DNA of 64,000 nt, from the NCBI RefSeq assembly GCF_009914755.1, contig NC_060934.1; one strand, 5' to 3'. The position numbers and the translations under genes are program-made. A model generated the notes under the pieces. That model was given only the letters and a program-made list of their open reading frames with translations, had not been told where the DNA came from and did no database searches. Of the stretch, positions 42,644-56,359 are shown piece by piece. Positions within the stretch are counted from its first letter, which is position 1; each line of letters starts with the position of its first letter. This DNA comes from the human T2T-CHM13v2.0 reference genome, Homo sapiens.

Positions 42644-43715
42644 CTAAACAGAGAAAGCCGGGCATTAGGAAGGGGGTCGTGTGACAAGAGGTGCAGAGCA
42701 TTCCCTAGAGCTTTCACCTCCCTCTCCTTGGTCCTCTCACTCACGGTTGCCCTCGAGAGACCCGGGGCCTGGCTGCTATGTGATGAAGAGGCTGTTTCCT
42801 CCCCTTATTTGTGGGGATACACAAGGATAAGCAAACTCAAGGATAAGCAAACTCCCATGGCCTATTAAGCCCCTCGGGCGATGCACACGCCAGCATCTCG
42901 GAAGCCTCCTCCTCTCCCGGCCCAGACCAGCCCCTTCTGCTTATCTTCACGGATCATAATCACGTCTTCCAGGAAGGCAGTGAGGCTCTATTCTCCCCAG
43001 AAGCACCCCATGGAAAACTGCACCGTCATTGCAGTGAGCCATCTAATACAACAGAGGATGAGTCTGGGGATGATACCCTGAGAGAAGGGATGCAAATCAA
43101 TACTGCACTTTGGGTGCCAAGGAGGCAGAGGGCTGTGCCATGGTGCATGTCAGCCAGCTCAGTTTCTCTCTGAGGGCCTACTCAGTACTGCTTTGAGAAG
43201 GACTTTCCCAATTTATGAAAAAAAATTCATCTTGACCCACAAAGGCAGTGTCAACAGAACCTCCCACCATCCGCCCACACTTAGGACCAACCTCGCTGCC
43301 TACTGGGACTGGGTTTATTTGATCTCATCATTTGGATGAGAGAACAGAAATTTCTGTGTGAAGCCAATTTTAGTTCCTCTCCCACCTTTCTCCAGGAAAT
43401 GTGATTCTCAGGACTGCCAAGAGCAACTGAAAGGAAAAGTACAGAGGGAAAGAGACACAGAAAGACAGAGACATGGAAAGGGAGACAGAAAAAGGAACAC
43501 AAATAGAGAGACAGAGAGAGATAGAGACAGAAGAAAGAGAAACAGAGGCAAAGGGTTAGTGAGAGAGACAGAAACATGCAGAGGTCACTGCCTTCCTTTA
43601 CAGCCTGTTGGGCTCTGCGCTTGTGGGTTCATTCTTGCTGTAGCCAGCATCACAGAGTGGCCCTCGGTGCCTCGCTGGGTGGGGCAGAGCCAGGCCCGAG
43701 CACCACATCCCTCAC

Positions 43716-43856
43716 CACTGAGGCCCCCAGGTGTGCTTTTCAGGTCGGAAGAGTCGTCGTCAAATAAGTGCCTCCTGATCATGCAGATCTTCAGGGCCAG
43801 GAAGCCAGCAGATATGGCGACACCCACAGCAGTCCCGATGAGGGCGTACTTGAAAT
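43716..43856 (-). CDS. TMEM273: TMEM273 coding exon 3, transmembrane helix (DFKYALIGTAVGVAISAGFLALKICMIRRHLFDDDSSDLKSTPGGLS)
   Basis: Lies inside ORF 43585-43965; gtttcag|ATTTC...CAGTG|gtgag; 141 nt, phase 1/1. Confidence 0.95.
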
Positions 43857-44755
43857 CTGAAACGCAGGGAGGAATTGAACACCCGGTTTCAGTCACCTGC
43901 AGCTCCCTCTGCATTCCAGATGAGGTCCAAAGCATGCATGTGGCCCTTAACACACCACCTCCCACTGGCTGAGGCCAGCCTCACCTTCTACTCTCCCATG
44001 AGTCCCTTTGCTCCTAGCCTCTGCCTGCACCCCATCCCCTCCTTCAGCTGTAGAAACTGTTGCCACCTTTCAAGGCTCCCTGAAGCTCACCTGGCTACCC
44101 CTGCCCAAAAGGTGAGTGGCTCATTTCTCTGGCCACCTGAGCCTCCTAGCCCTTCCTCACTGATCCCTTCGTTAATTCATCCACTCATCTATTGGGTGTG
44201 TGTTAATTGCCTGCTCTGTGGTGAACACTGCAGGAGAATGGATAAGGCCTGTCTGGCCTTTGAGGAGCCTGCAGTCAGCTGGGGAGGACAGGGAAGGAGC
44301 TCATGACGGGAGAGGCTGGGTTGGCCTAGAGTCATGGGCGTCCAGAGCCTTCTCAGAGGGTGAGGCATGCAGACTGAGCCTGGCCAGCAGATGAGGCCCT
44401 TAAGGGGCAGACAGGCTGGAAGCTCGCAGGTGGAGGGAGGCACCGATGAGGGCTGTGAGCCTGGCAAAGCATGCTGTCAGGGCCCATGGCTGTGGGACAG
44501 GGCTCAGTGGGTGCTGGAGCCACGCATCTGTGGCCCTGAGGTATCACGTCCCCTGTGTGGACGAGCTTTAATGCAAGGCCTTTCCCCCGAAATAAAGCTG
44601 TCAGCTGCTCTGGGGGACCTGGAGGTGAGGGTGCCCCTTTTCCTATGCTGACAGCAGGGAACCAATTCCAGCACTGCGGCCCTCTGCTTGCTTGTCTTGG
44701 GAGCTTCCTTCCTGCCCCTGACCCTGTGCACAGAATAACATGGGCAGCCACGTAC

Positions 44756-44809
44756 CAATTTCAGCCCCAGGGGTCTTGCCTGTTGCCAGCACTTGAGCTC
44801 CTCCTACAT
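44756..44809 (-). CDS. TMEM273: TMEM273 coding exon 2 (DVGGAQVLATGKTPGAEI)
   Basis: tttctttgcag|ATGTAGGA...GAAATTG|gtacg; 54 nt, phase 1/1; translation matches recalled C10orf128. Confidence 0.92.
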
Positions 44810-45502
44810 CTGCAAAGAAAGAAACCCCAGAGCCTGGTTAGAACAGAGCTGGCTGTGGTCCCAGCTACCCAGTCTCAGAGGCCTGGGAAAGCCTACCCCA
44901 TGTACCCACCAGGAGCACAGAGGTGGGCTCCCAATTGCCATGGAGTGTCTTGGAGCCTTGCTGAGACATCAGAGCTTCCCTCAAAACTCAGACCAGGAAC
45001 GCGTCTCCACCCAATGCACTTCAGTCAGCCGTTCAGCACAGTTTCCAAGACCTGAACTCTGACCCAAGCCTGCTCCACAAGCTCCCCTGTGGCTCCCAAG
45101 GCCCTCCTTAATCCAGCATGGCTTTGGTGCTTCTAGTTCCCCACACAGCCAGGGAATCTCCTGCCCTGCCTCAGGGCCACACCCTCTGCCTGACCTCATC
45201 TTCTTCCCTTCCTCCTTTACCTGGTCTTGGCTCCATGCCACTTCCTCCCTGACTCCCCAGACCTGGGTGAGCTGATCCCAGTGTGCTCCGTAGCCGTGGT
45301 GCTTGCCGGCCATAACTGACCATGTCAATATGTAACAACATTTACATAGCACTAGTTTGCTCCAGGCTCCATCCTAAAAGCTTCTCACATATTAACACAT
45401 CAATACGTCTTCTGGCTGGTCTCGCTCTGGGCTGCGTGGTATAGTGTCCAGCATTTGATGCAGTGCTTGGCCCACAGGAGGCATTAATAGACATTGGTGA
45501 AT

Positions 45503-45600
45503 GGAAGGAAGGAAGGAAGAAAGGAAGGAAGGAAGGAAGGGAGGGAGGGAGGGAGGGAGGGAGGGAGGGAGGGTGGGAAGGAAGGAAAGAAAGAAGGAAA
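45503..45600. repeat. (GGAA)n/(GGGA)n polypurine microsatellite
   Basis: Seen directly. Confidence 0.9.
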
Positions 45601-48600
45601 GAGAGCATGCTGTAAGGGTCCCTCCCTCTTCTAGCCAGGCCTTGAAACCTTAAGACAGGAGATACTGCTCACAAACAGCGCCCTAAAATAGTGATCCAGA
45701 GGTGAGGTCCTTGGAGAGAAATGTGCACATTTATTGGCCACTTACTCTGAGACGGACACTGGGTGCAGTGCTGGCATTAATATATGTAATACTCACAGCA
45801 ACAACTCTGTGAGATAAGTACTGTTATTATTGCCATTCGCAAAATGAGGAACGGAGGCATTGTGGTCTTGCTAATTTGCCCAAGAGCCAAGATAAGTGGG
45901 AAGTGGCAGGTTTGCACTGAGAGTCCAGGAAGGCCTACAGACGTGAATGTGAATCCAGTGAACTAACAGATACAACACCACCAAAACCATCAAGCCCTAG
46001 GGCTGCATGGACTTGGGCTGGGGATGGGCAAATGGTAAGATCCAAGTCTGAGTCTCACATTCAAACTTCCAGGCAAAGGCAGGAGAGTGTGCTACCACTC
46101 CTGTTTCTCACAAAGGGAAACAAGTGACTTCACTGGGAAAGACCAGATGGTATGATGAAGGAAGCATCATAGCAAAGACATCCTCCACCCAACCCTGTCT
46201 GCTGACCACACTCAGTGATGCCCAGAGTGGCGTGGTAGGTTGGAGCTCTGCAGGGGACAGCTTTGCTCTGTGTGTGTTTGGTGGAGAGAGGAATTGTCCT
46301 GCTAGAGTTCAGAATTTTTTCCGGCAGTCTAATTTTTTAGACTGGTAAAGATTCCCCAAGCTTTTTCTAAAGCAAAAGTTCTCAGCTTTGTTCTAATCAC
46401 AGATATTTTTGAAAATTCAATGACTTATCTTCTCTCTTTCCCACAGATCACAAGCCCCATGTGAGCACATTTGCTCACACACACAGACACCACCGCACAC
46501 AATATGACTCTGATTTTGTCTGTTCTCTGAAGCCCCAATCAGCTTCATTCCATTGTCTTATTGTTTTTTTTAAATCAATCTTGCTGCTCCAGCTAGGTTG
46601 AACATCGTTCCGGACATGGGACAAAGGCTTATATTCAATGGAAGGCTGTGGGTGGGAGCACATTTCCAGACTGACACTCCCAACTCAGAGCTGTGTGTGC
46701 TACGTCTTCACCCTTTCCTGGGACGGGACCCTTTGCTGACACCTCTGATCTCTCTCTGCCTTTACTGGGCAGAAGGCAGGAGGACAGGGGAGGGCAGGGC
46801 CTCAGTGGGTGGGGCCAGACCCCTGAGCCCCAGGCTCACCCCACGCCCTCCCCCTGCCACACTAGCATGTTGCTTGGTCCCCCCTCCCATCCTCCCTTGG
46901 TGGGCATTGCTCTCACTTGCAGTGTTGGCATGGAAACTTCATGCTAGCCTGAGATGAAATCCGAGCAGAGAGGAAGGAAGGACTCAGGTTAGAAAGGGTG
47001 AGAAAGACATAGGTACACACAGAGACACTCAAGAGACACACTCAGGCTGTGCTTGAGTCACTCAGACCATCATTGGGAGGGAAGAGAAAGGAAGAGGAGA
47101 AAGCCCTAACATCAAAAGGCCCCAGCCCTGGCCTTGGTTTCTCCAACAGCATCACGGTCTCCATTCTCGCCAGGCTGTCCTGCATCCTTCCTCATTGACT
47201 TCACCCCCCAAATGTGTTGCCCTGAACCCTCAGCTCCTTCTGCCCCTCTCTGTGGCTGGGACCCCTGGCTGAGGTTCAGCTCACCCCCAAAAAGAGGCCA
47301 GTCCCTTAGGCACCATCCTCTATGTCCCATCCTGTGTCCCCTCCAAGCTGTGAGGCTTCCCCTAATCCCTGGCCCCAAAGAGGCTCTATTTTTGGTGGTC
47401 TGACTTAGGGACTGAGTGAATTCCCACTGCCACCCCAACTCCACCACCACCTTGAGTCACTTGCAGGGAGACCAACGTGGGCAGATAACCCAGCTGTGCA
47501 CTCAAACAGCCAAGGGCCCAGCCCTTCCTGCGAGCCAGCCCCACAGCCACTCAGTGGCAGCCTTTCCCCTCCTCAGGGAGGGAAATCCCTCCATGCAGCC
47601 CTCCTGTGCTTGGAGCTGTGACTCTACACACTCATGAGCCCTTGGGTGAGGGTCCATGCTCAGCACAGCAGCCTGGCCGGCCCCACCCCTGCATCCTGCT
47701 AGGGTCATGAGCTGGGGAGGACCCCCTGGGCCATAGACCCCCTGCAAGCCTCCAGCACTGGCTGATGTCCCCTGGCTCTGCAAAGTAGCTGGAGGATGGC
47801 TGGCCCTAGCAGGCCTGCTTGGACATCACAGCCAGAGGTCTCTGGAGTGCCTCGGCTGCATTTAGATCTGTGGGAGACCCCAGGAGGAAGCCCACGAGGA
47901 CCAGCAGGAACTGCACTGCATTTTCTCTGTGGGAATTCTCCGAGATCTCATGCAAGAAGGAGGAGGGAGCTTGGCACCCACAGGAGAGTCCTAGGGGACT
48001 GAGGTAAGGCTGTGTGAAACAGGCACCCTTCTAACCTGTAGATTTGCTGAGGCCATAATAGGCACAGTTCTGGCCAAATCTGGCTTCACCCCATCTGACT
48101 GCTACCACCGACTGCATAAGTCTGGCTGACCACCTCCCTTGAACTGTTCACACTGGGCAGGGTCAGAGAGCCAGAATACAGCCCTTGCTGCTGCCTAGAG
48201 CAGAGAGCAGAGGGCAGAGGGCTACCTCCAGAGGACTTGCTGAGATGCGGGGGCTTTCCACAGCCTCCACCTGTGTAGCTTCCATGTGTGGTCAGATCAG
48301 CCTCTGACCATAGAAGCTTTTCCTAATTTGCACAAGGGCACTCGATGGGCTCTAGATTCTAGAGTTTCTGCTTTCTCCCTGATGCCCCATTTGGACCTGG
48401 TACTCTGTGCCTCCCTGACAAAATAGTGGGCTCCAGCCCCCTCACAGCTGCCATTCCCACCTCAGGCCTGCAGCACACAGATTGCTCTGTAAGTGGCTCT
48501 CCCAACAGCAAGAAGCCCTCTGCAAGAGTGGATGTCCCTCTGTCTTATGGTCCCCCAGAAACATGGGAGGGCAGCCACCCCAGCTCCTGGGGAGGAAGAT

Positions 48601-49335
48601 GGCAGGGCTGCTCTACACAAGCTGAGATGAGTTATTTTGGAGAGAGCTGAAGGCACGGCCTAGCTTTGCCCCATCTCACTTGGAATCTGACCTGCTGAGA
48701 GCCCATCCCCGGCATCCAGGCCTCTTTGAGCTGTCCACCTGTTGGGTCCACCCTTGATGGGGGACTGGCACTCTTTGCCACCCTTATTTGGGCAGAATCA
48801 GGCTGTGGGATTCCCAGTTGTGGGCCAGTAGGCGTGCGTGCACTCAGATGTCGTTCTATAAGTATTTGAACTAAAAATAGGGAGAGGCTGCCCTAAGTGT
48901 TTGTCAATGATGCCCGGCCATAGTCTTCTTGGGACTTAAATGTTGCAGAATGGCTCCTAACTTTAGAGCTCATGAATTCCAACATTCTCAGCTAGAGGAA
49001 GTGGCTTTGAATGTCTAGGACAGGCTTCCTTATTCTCCTAACAGGGCTCACACATGTAAATAAAGAGCCTATAGGGTGTTCCAGGGGGCCCCAGTGCCTA
49101 GGAGAAATCAAAGAGCAACCAGAGACCCAAGTGCCCCATGAAGGAGCTCACAGAGTGACCAGGGAGACAAGATTTACACTGAATAAAAGATCAGAGTGTC
49201 ACAGGCAAAGCTCAGCGCCTTCCCCAAGCCTCAGTCTCACAAGCTGGAGGAAGTGGGAACAGGGTGCAGAGTGGGCACTGGTGCATGGCCTGCCTTCCTC
49301 TCCTGACTAGCACCTCAGTTTTCCTCTGAGCAACA

Positions 49336-49728
49336 AGAGGCCCCACAGCCAGACCCCCAGCCAACCCTACTCACTGGGGAAAGGGTTTGTTCCACCTTCG
49401 AGCCTCTCTGTGGGGATCTGAGACTTCACTATGACCTCATGATGGGTAGGAGGGAAGGATATTTGGAACCAGGAGATCTGAGTCCCCATTCTGCCACCCA
49501 TTGCTCAGCCAGTGGCCTTGGACCAGACACAGCACGGCTCCCAGCTCAATGGCCTCATTGCACACAGAGCATGGCTGGGCAAGTTCCCAAATTGAGTGTG
49601 TGCACAGAGTGAGGTGCAAGTGGCAGCTGCCCTTCTACAAGCAAGCACACCACCACCTGAGACGGGCATCTGCCAATTTCTAGGGGTGATGGGCAAAGTG
49701 GGGGAGCCAAGCACACCAGGAGGCACTC
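49336..49728 (+). repeat. About 393-bp local duplication, copy 1
   Basis: Colinear with 52738-53130. Confidence 0.92.
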
Positions 49729-52700
49729 CACGTGACTCCCACAGGGCTGGCTCCTGGGGAATGTGTGAACCCTGCCTGACCAATTAGCACATTTATTCTT
49801 CCTGTCAACTGTGATTGGTCAACAGGTGGGGCAGAAGATCCAATTCAGACCAGTGACACCTAACTCAGAGCCTCAGGGGAAACTGAGAAGCAAGAATGTC
49901 TTCCAGAGCTGAGAGCTATGGGGCCAAGGGAGGCCTGCGTTTGCCCACTGCAGGGAGCCTGCAGACTGAAGTCCCTGCTGAAGAAGGTTGAGCCCAGACC
50001 AAGTCCTAAAGATGCTTTGAAGCTTCTGAATCCAGCTGTGCCCGAAGCACTTCTCCCTGGACTTTTGAGTCACCTCAGTAAGGAAATAGCTTCTTTTTCT
50101 TACTCTTATCTGAGCTCGGTAACTGTCATCTGCAAACAAAGGAGTCCTAATGACTTCGGTAGTGGGTCCTGAGAGGGCGTCACTGGAGACTGGGAGATAG
50201 GAGCAGAGAAGGCTGGCTGTGAAGGAGGAGCTATACCACACAGCCCCACACAAGCTGGACTGGGATGTGCAAGCCATGCAACACACACGGCTCCTGGCCT
50301 CTGCACAGGCTGCTGCTCTCTTTGCCGCAATGCTTTTCCCTCGTCCCTGTGGAAAGTGCTTATTTATCCTTCAAAGCCACTCCTCTGAAAGTCCCCCTTG
50401 CTCTCGTCAGTCCAGGATCACTCCTTCCATGTGTCACACCTCTCCCCCGCACTGTTGGCCCCAGTCTGCAGCTTGCTCTATGGCATGAAGGCCACAAACA
50501 ACCCAGAGGAAGCTGTTTCTCCCAAGAGCGAGATGATGCATGAGAGCCCTCGGAAGCTGGACTCTTCTCCTGGGGGATGCCGAGAAAGGTGGATGGGAGA
50601 AGTCTGAACTGAGTGTTAAACCAGAAATGGCTTGAAGAGATAAGATCTAGTGTAAGTACTGAGTGGTACGGAGCTCAGGATCCAAGTACAGTTCAGCCAC
50701 AGAGAGACAAGGGGGGGCGATAGCGTTTCCCCTGTGGCTCTGAGACCATGTACACTGTAGTGGCTCCATCTTCCAGCCCACTGTGAGCCTTGGAGGCCCA
50801 GCTGGCACACACTTTTCTGAGCCAAGAGGCTCAGAAAAGAAATCAGATGTGTAGAGTCAAGGGAGACAGCCCAGCTATGCTTCACACAGCAGATTGATCC
50901 TGGGCTTCCCTTTTTTCATCTGAAAATGGGGATGCAGGACGCTGACATATAAAAGACTCACCAGAGACAACCCTGCCTTTCTGCCCATTTATCCTGTGCT
51001 ACCCTGCAATGTTAGTGGACCCTGGGGTCAGAGTGAAACACAAGTTATACTTCTTAAATTTAGCTGGCTTGGGTGATATGGGTGCTGGCGGGCCCTGCCC
51101 CTGCCCCTGCCTCAGGGCTCACAAATGGGTCTGCTTCTCAGGCACTCCACGGGGCTGTTTGAAAGTGGAAATGAAGTGCACCTACCCCAAGTGCAATAGC
51201 ACCTGTTCAGCCCTCTCTCTAGCAGAATGCAGGGGCATAGGTCATGGGCCTTGGCTACACAGTCCTCCTACTTCCAGCATCGCTCGGCTCTTGCCGGAGT
51301 CTAGACACTTCTAGACCATGACTTGCAGAAATCTCAGAGTCCCCATCTCAAACCCCGGAACCACCTGAGATTTCTCTTCCTCAATCACCCTCCAGTCTTA
51401 TCAGAGCATGACTCTAAACAGGACGTCTGCAGACCCCTCCCATGCCGCTTGTGGTCCTTGCTTTCTGTGCAAGGAACTAGGCTGGGGCAGAACCCAAACC
51501 TACCTGGCAAAGCTGTACAAAAGGAACACACGGGAAAAAGGTGTGCAAAGCAGTGGTGGGGGGTGGTATGAGGGGGACTCTGGGAGCTTTTAGACAACTC
51601 CTTGATTTCCATGGACCGCCCCCCATCCACGGAAAGACAATATGCGTGGTGTCAGAGCAGACCACTTGCTTGGCAACTCCAGCTCAGGACCCCTGCGACC
51701 CTGACGCTAAGGCTTCTGGAAGACAGGCAGTGATTAAGGAATTCCACATACGGCAGTCCCTGCTAATGCGTGAAAGTACAGTGATTAGCCAGCCAGGTGG
51801 GCCAAGGCGGGCACCTAACCCAGCCTGGGAGTGTCACAGAAGCTCCCCCGGAGAGATCATTATTTAAATTAAAAACAAAAGGACCAGTTGGAGCTAATAA
51901 AGTCTCGGTGAGGTGGCAGCAGGGACTGGAATGGAATGTGCCCAGACAGGGAATGTGACCAGGCAGAGGACAAGGTACAAGCAAAAGCCAGGCGATTCAA
52001 GGAGGTACAGAGGGCTTGAGGGCTAAAGAAGGAAGCTGAGCAGGGTCAGAGCAGCTGGGGATACTGGCATAAGATGTGGCTGGCACTGTGGACAGATAAG
52101 GTTTTCAGAAAAGCAGAGGGGAGAGTCCTGTGGCCACCCTGCTCCCAGAGGTGGGAGTGCTTGGCCACTCATATCTTGCCTGCTACAATGCCTCTGTGCC
52201 TTTTCTCCTCGCCGCACGCCACCCTGGGCAGGAACGAGAAGCAGGAGGCCACGGAGGGCCATGCAGAGGCCACCCCAGGCTGAGATGCACCAGGGAGCTT
52301 GCCTCTAGCTTCCAGAAATAGCATCATAATTAAGAGGGAAACAATAACAGCGGGTGACCAGGAGGTATCAAAACTGGTGCCCACTTTGTTTTTCTTGAGC
52401 ACTCTTTGCTAATTAATTCTTAAAGATTCACACAGTGGGATTAAAACACTCAGCTCACAGAAGCCAAACTGATCAATACCTTTTCAGGCTAATGGAGGGG
52501 TGGAGGCGGAGAGCTGGCCTGGGCCTGAACCAGGGCTAGGAGCTCCTCCAAGGGGGCAGGGCCCCCCCCACCTGGTGTCCCAGGTCCATTCTGACCAGGA
52601 GTGGTGACACATGTGAGCACTGAGCCACACCTGGGAAGGGGCTGCTGAAGCCTTGAGGAAGACGGGGGTTCTGGAACAAGGAGGAGCCTGAGGCTGTCGT

Positions 52701-52737
52701 GGTTGGGTGGACAGTGGTATCCAGGGAGGGCCAGATC

Positions 52738-53130
52738 AGAGGCCCCACAGCCGGACACCCAGCCGACCCTACTCACTGGAGAAAGGACTTGCCCCACCTT
52801 TGAGCCTCTCTGTGGGGATCTGAAACCTCACCATGACTCCCATGGTGGGTGGGAGGGAAGGGTATTTGAAACCAAGAGATCTGAGTCCCCATTCTGCCAC
52901 CCATTGTCAGCCTGTGGCCTTGGACCAGACACAACATGGCTCCCAGCTCAGTGGCCCCATTGCACACAGAGCATGGCTGGACAAGTCCCCGGAAGGAGTG
53001 TGTGCACAGAGTGAGGTGCAGGCAGCAGCTGCCCTTCCACAAGCAAACACGCCACCACCTGAGATGGGTGTCTGCCACTATCCTAGGGGCCATGAGTGAA
53101 ATGGGGAGCCAAGCACACCGGGAGGCACTC
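52738..53130 (+). repeat. About 393-bp local duplication, copy 2
   Basis: Shares agaggccccacagcc...gagatctgagtccccattctgccacccattg...ggggagccaagcacacc(a/g)ggaggcactc with copy 1. Confidence 0.92.
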
Positions 53131-55148
53131 TGGGAAGGTGCTCAGGTCAGAAAAGAGGTGGCGCTCCCCAGCAAGGGCACAAGCCTCTGCTGTTTCGAGA
53201 AATGGCCAAACCAAGGCCTCCCATAGCCTGTACAATCCCAGTGAAGAGGGGCCTGGCCACTTGATGTTGGTGCTTCAGACCAGGACAGGCCTGTTTGCAG
53301 GAGCAACTCTCAGGGCATGCCTTGCAGAGAGAGCAGGGGAGGCTGGAAGCTGTGCGGAATAACTAATTAATGATGGTAAAGTATAGTGGAAGAGGAAAGC
53401 GTTGCATAACCGCTAAGTGGTGGGGTTATTATTATTCATGCAATATTCATACTGTGCTCTTCAGCCTCTGGGAAGCATTGCTCTGGAGTCCTGAGGGACC
53501 TGACCGAGGGGAGTGCGCATCCAGGGAGCGGGGCTGTGGGATGACAGCTGTCCTGGACCATGGGAAAGGGGTCATGATGCTGCAGAGGAAACGGCAGCAC
53601 ACAGCCTGCACCGGAGCCCCTTAGTAAACCCATCAGCCTCCACTTACCGGGACAGATCATTCGTAAACCCTGCGAGGCACCAGCATCCGTGCTAGGCATC
53701 TCCACTCTAGTTAGCTTTTTAAGACAATTCCTGACATTTGCAGAGCCTACAGCATGCCACATGTCTAAATATTTAAGTTATAGATCAAGCCCCACGCATG
53801 GTCCAGCCGAAGTCCCCCTGACCCCATGGCCCTGCAGTCCATTCTTCAGGGGCCCCTTCCAGAGGGGGAGGTGCAGCCCTGCTGCCTGCCGCCAGGGGAG
53901 GCAGGGTCAGATGGGTAGAGCAGAAGGAAGCCAGGCCTGGCCTGGGCCACCTTGAACCACAGACCCTCCAGGACCAAGGATGGCTCCTGAGCCATCAGAC
54001 TCACCAGCGAGTTCCCTTACCCAAGCCCTGGCTTTTCTCCTAGAGTTCTGGGCAATGCTCAGTCCCCAGAGGAAACCACCAGGTGGAGGGATCAGGTGCA
54101 GTTATCTGGGAATCTGGTCTTTTGGAAATTGAAATAAAAGCATTTCCTCCCTCCCTCTCTAGTTCCCAGGGCAGCCACAGGCTGTGGTTTCCCTGATTCG
54201 GGTCCTCACTTTCAGCTGCACTAAGCCATTGCACACAAACCTCCCTCTCTGTTTGCCTGAGTGCTGACCCGGTTCCTGAACTCTCAAAACAAGATAAAAA
54301 AGAAAAAAATTCTTCGCATTTGCATTTGTGTGTGTACGTGGGGTCCTGGAGCCAGTGTCAGGACAAGGGCCTCTCTTGGGGACAGTGGCCTCTTTTCATG
54401 GGAAAGCCCCAGGAAGTGACGTGACCTCTTCAGGCTCCATGCCTGAGCCTGAGTCACTGGCTCCGAGGAAGAGTCTCACAGCAGCATGGAGGGTGAACAG
54501 TCATTACAAACTGACCAAAGTATCTTAATGTGTCACATGTGACTCAACAATCAGGGCTCATCTGCGGTTTGGGAGGGTCTCTTTTCTTTAGGACTCTAGG
54601 GTTAGCTCAGGGAGCTCTGGCTGGGTCTGCTCAGCCCTCCTTGCCACACAGCCCTGGCCTTGCCTGTCCAACACTGTCTGCCAGTGGGCTGGCCAGGAGC
54701 TGGGATGGACACCAGTTTACTCAGCCACACACCTTGAGCTCAGGCCACACACTGCTTGCCTCAGGGAAGTAGCTGTGAGAGATGGGTGCCCTGGGGCCTC
54801 AGAAGCCAACATGACCCTGCTGGTGTGGCCTGGGACAAATCCAGCCAGCCTCCCCTCTCCTGGACTATCCATTTGCCTTCTCCTAGTAAGTCTCCCTGCC
54901 TCCAACCCATCTGGGGCACTGCAGCCAGGCACTCTTCCTGTAAGGCTGTTTAAAATCCTACAGAATAAGGCCCAATGTCCTCCCAGGGCTCATCAAGCCC
55001 TCCTCTTTTGCTGGCCCATGTCACCTCTCATTCTCCCCTCTTGCACAACCCCTGTAGTCCATGCTGCCCTTGCCCGGGGCCTCAGCAGAGGCTGTCCTCT
55101 CTTCTTAGGATGGCACGCCACCTGTCCCATTCTTGCAGACTGGCTCCA

Positions 55149-55217
55149 GAGGCTGATGTTCCACTTCGGGCAATAATTGACTCAAACAAGTGCTAATTAC
55201 TGAGCAGGTTCTAGAGC
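55149..55217 (+). repeat. 69-bp dispersed direct repeat, copy 1
   Basis: 67/69 identical to 57148-57216. Confidence 0.93.
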
Positions 55218-56359
55218 AATGGCCCAGCAAGACCAGATCTCTCCCCTGACGGTGGTGACAGTACAGAGGGGAGTGGGAGTATCTCTATGACCCTGGAGGG
55301 GAACAGCATCATCCCATGCAAAACAGATGACATGTGAGGAGGCTGGACAGTAACCTGATGGATGTTCCCTGAGACCAGGGAGCAGGAACAACAGGGGATG
55401 GCTCGTGACAGGTCTAGGAGGCCAGTGACATAGTAAACACTTTAGTACTTGCTGGCAGCAATAGGAAGCTGCTGAAGGATTTCACCTAGGCAGAGATGTA
55501 CGCAATTAGCATTCAATAAGACTCCTCCTCCAGGAAGCCTTCCTGGATACTCTAGTTTGGTTCAAGAGCTTCTCCTTTTTCTTCTGTGAGTCCTTCGTCT
55601 CAGTATTTAACACACTGCATTGCAACTGTCCCCTGTAGACTGTCAGCTCCTCAGGTTGGAGCCTGACTTACTTATTTTCATGTGCCAGTAGACCTTGGTG
55701 AAAATCAATATTTGCTTAATCAAAGAGAAAGCTCTGGGTGTCTGTGTGTCCCAGTCCTCCAAGACAGCCTGTGGGTCCAGCTCCAGGTCCTTCACCTCTT
55801 GCCCTGAATAGTGACTTCTCGATAACATGGCCAAAGAGTTTGCAAAGGTGTGAACAGGGCTTGGCTGCAGCTGGGGTCCAGGCAGGAGTTCCCCAACTGA
55901 CCATCTGCTTCACTCAGACAAGCAGGGGAGAGTGAGCCCAGTCCATCTCACTAAGAACCATTATCCAGTTATTTCATGGAATCAAATTTAATAAAGGGAG
56001 CAGTTCAAGCAATTGTGGTAGATAAATGAGGGTCTAGATGTGACAACAATGCTTATAGTGACTTTAAAGAGGAAGTGGAGATAGTTTAATTTGGGAGCTA
56101 GTGAAAAGGTCTGCTGAGTATGTGTTGGCCTGTGGGGCTCGGCTTTATAGCCGCCCAGCTGTGGCCCTCATCAGGGATTGAGGATCAGAGACTCCCCAGC
56201 AGGCATTCTGCCTTCATCCCCACTCCTTCTTTCACCCCATGGGGAAGACTCCCTTCAGGGGCCTCTAGAATCAGGACTGTGTGTCTGAGGGAGGTTTGCC
56301 AGCCCAGGGTCCCTCCCCAAAGAGCATTACTCCAAATCACCCATCCTCCAGAACTCTTT

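Noticed and set aside
43281-43972. 98-aa hydrophobic ORF (-) and 204-aa ORF (+)
   Set aside because: Produced by a GA-rich low-complexity tract and antisense overlap with TMEM273 exon 3.
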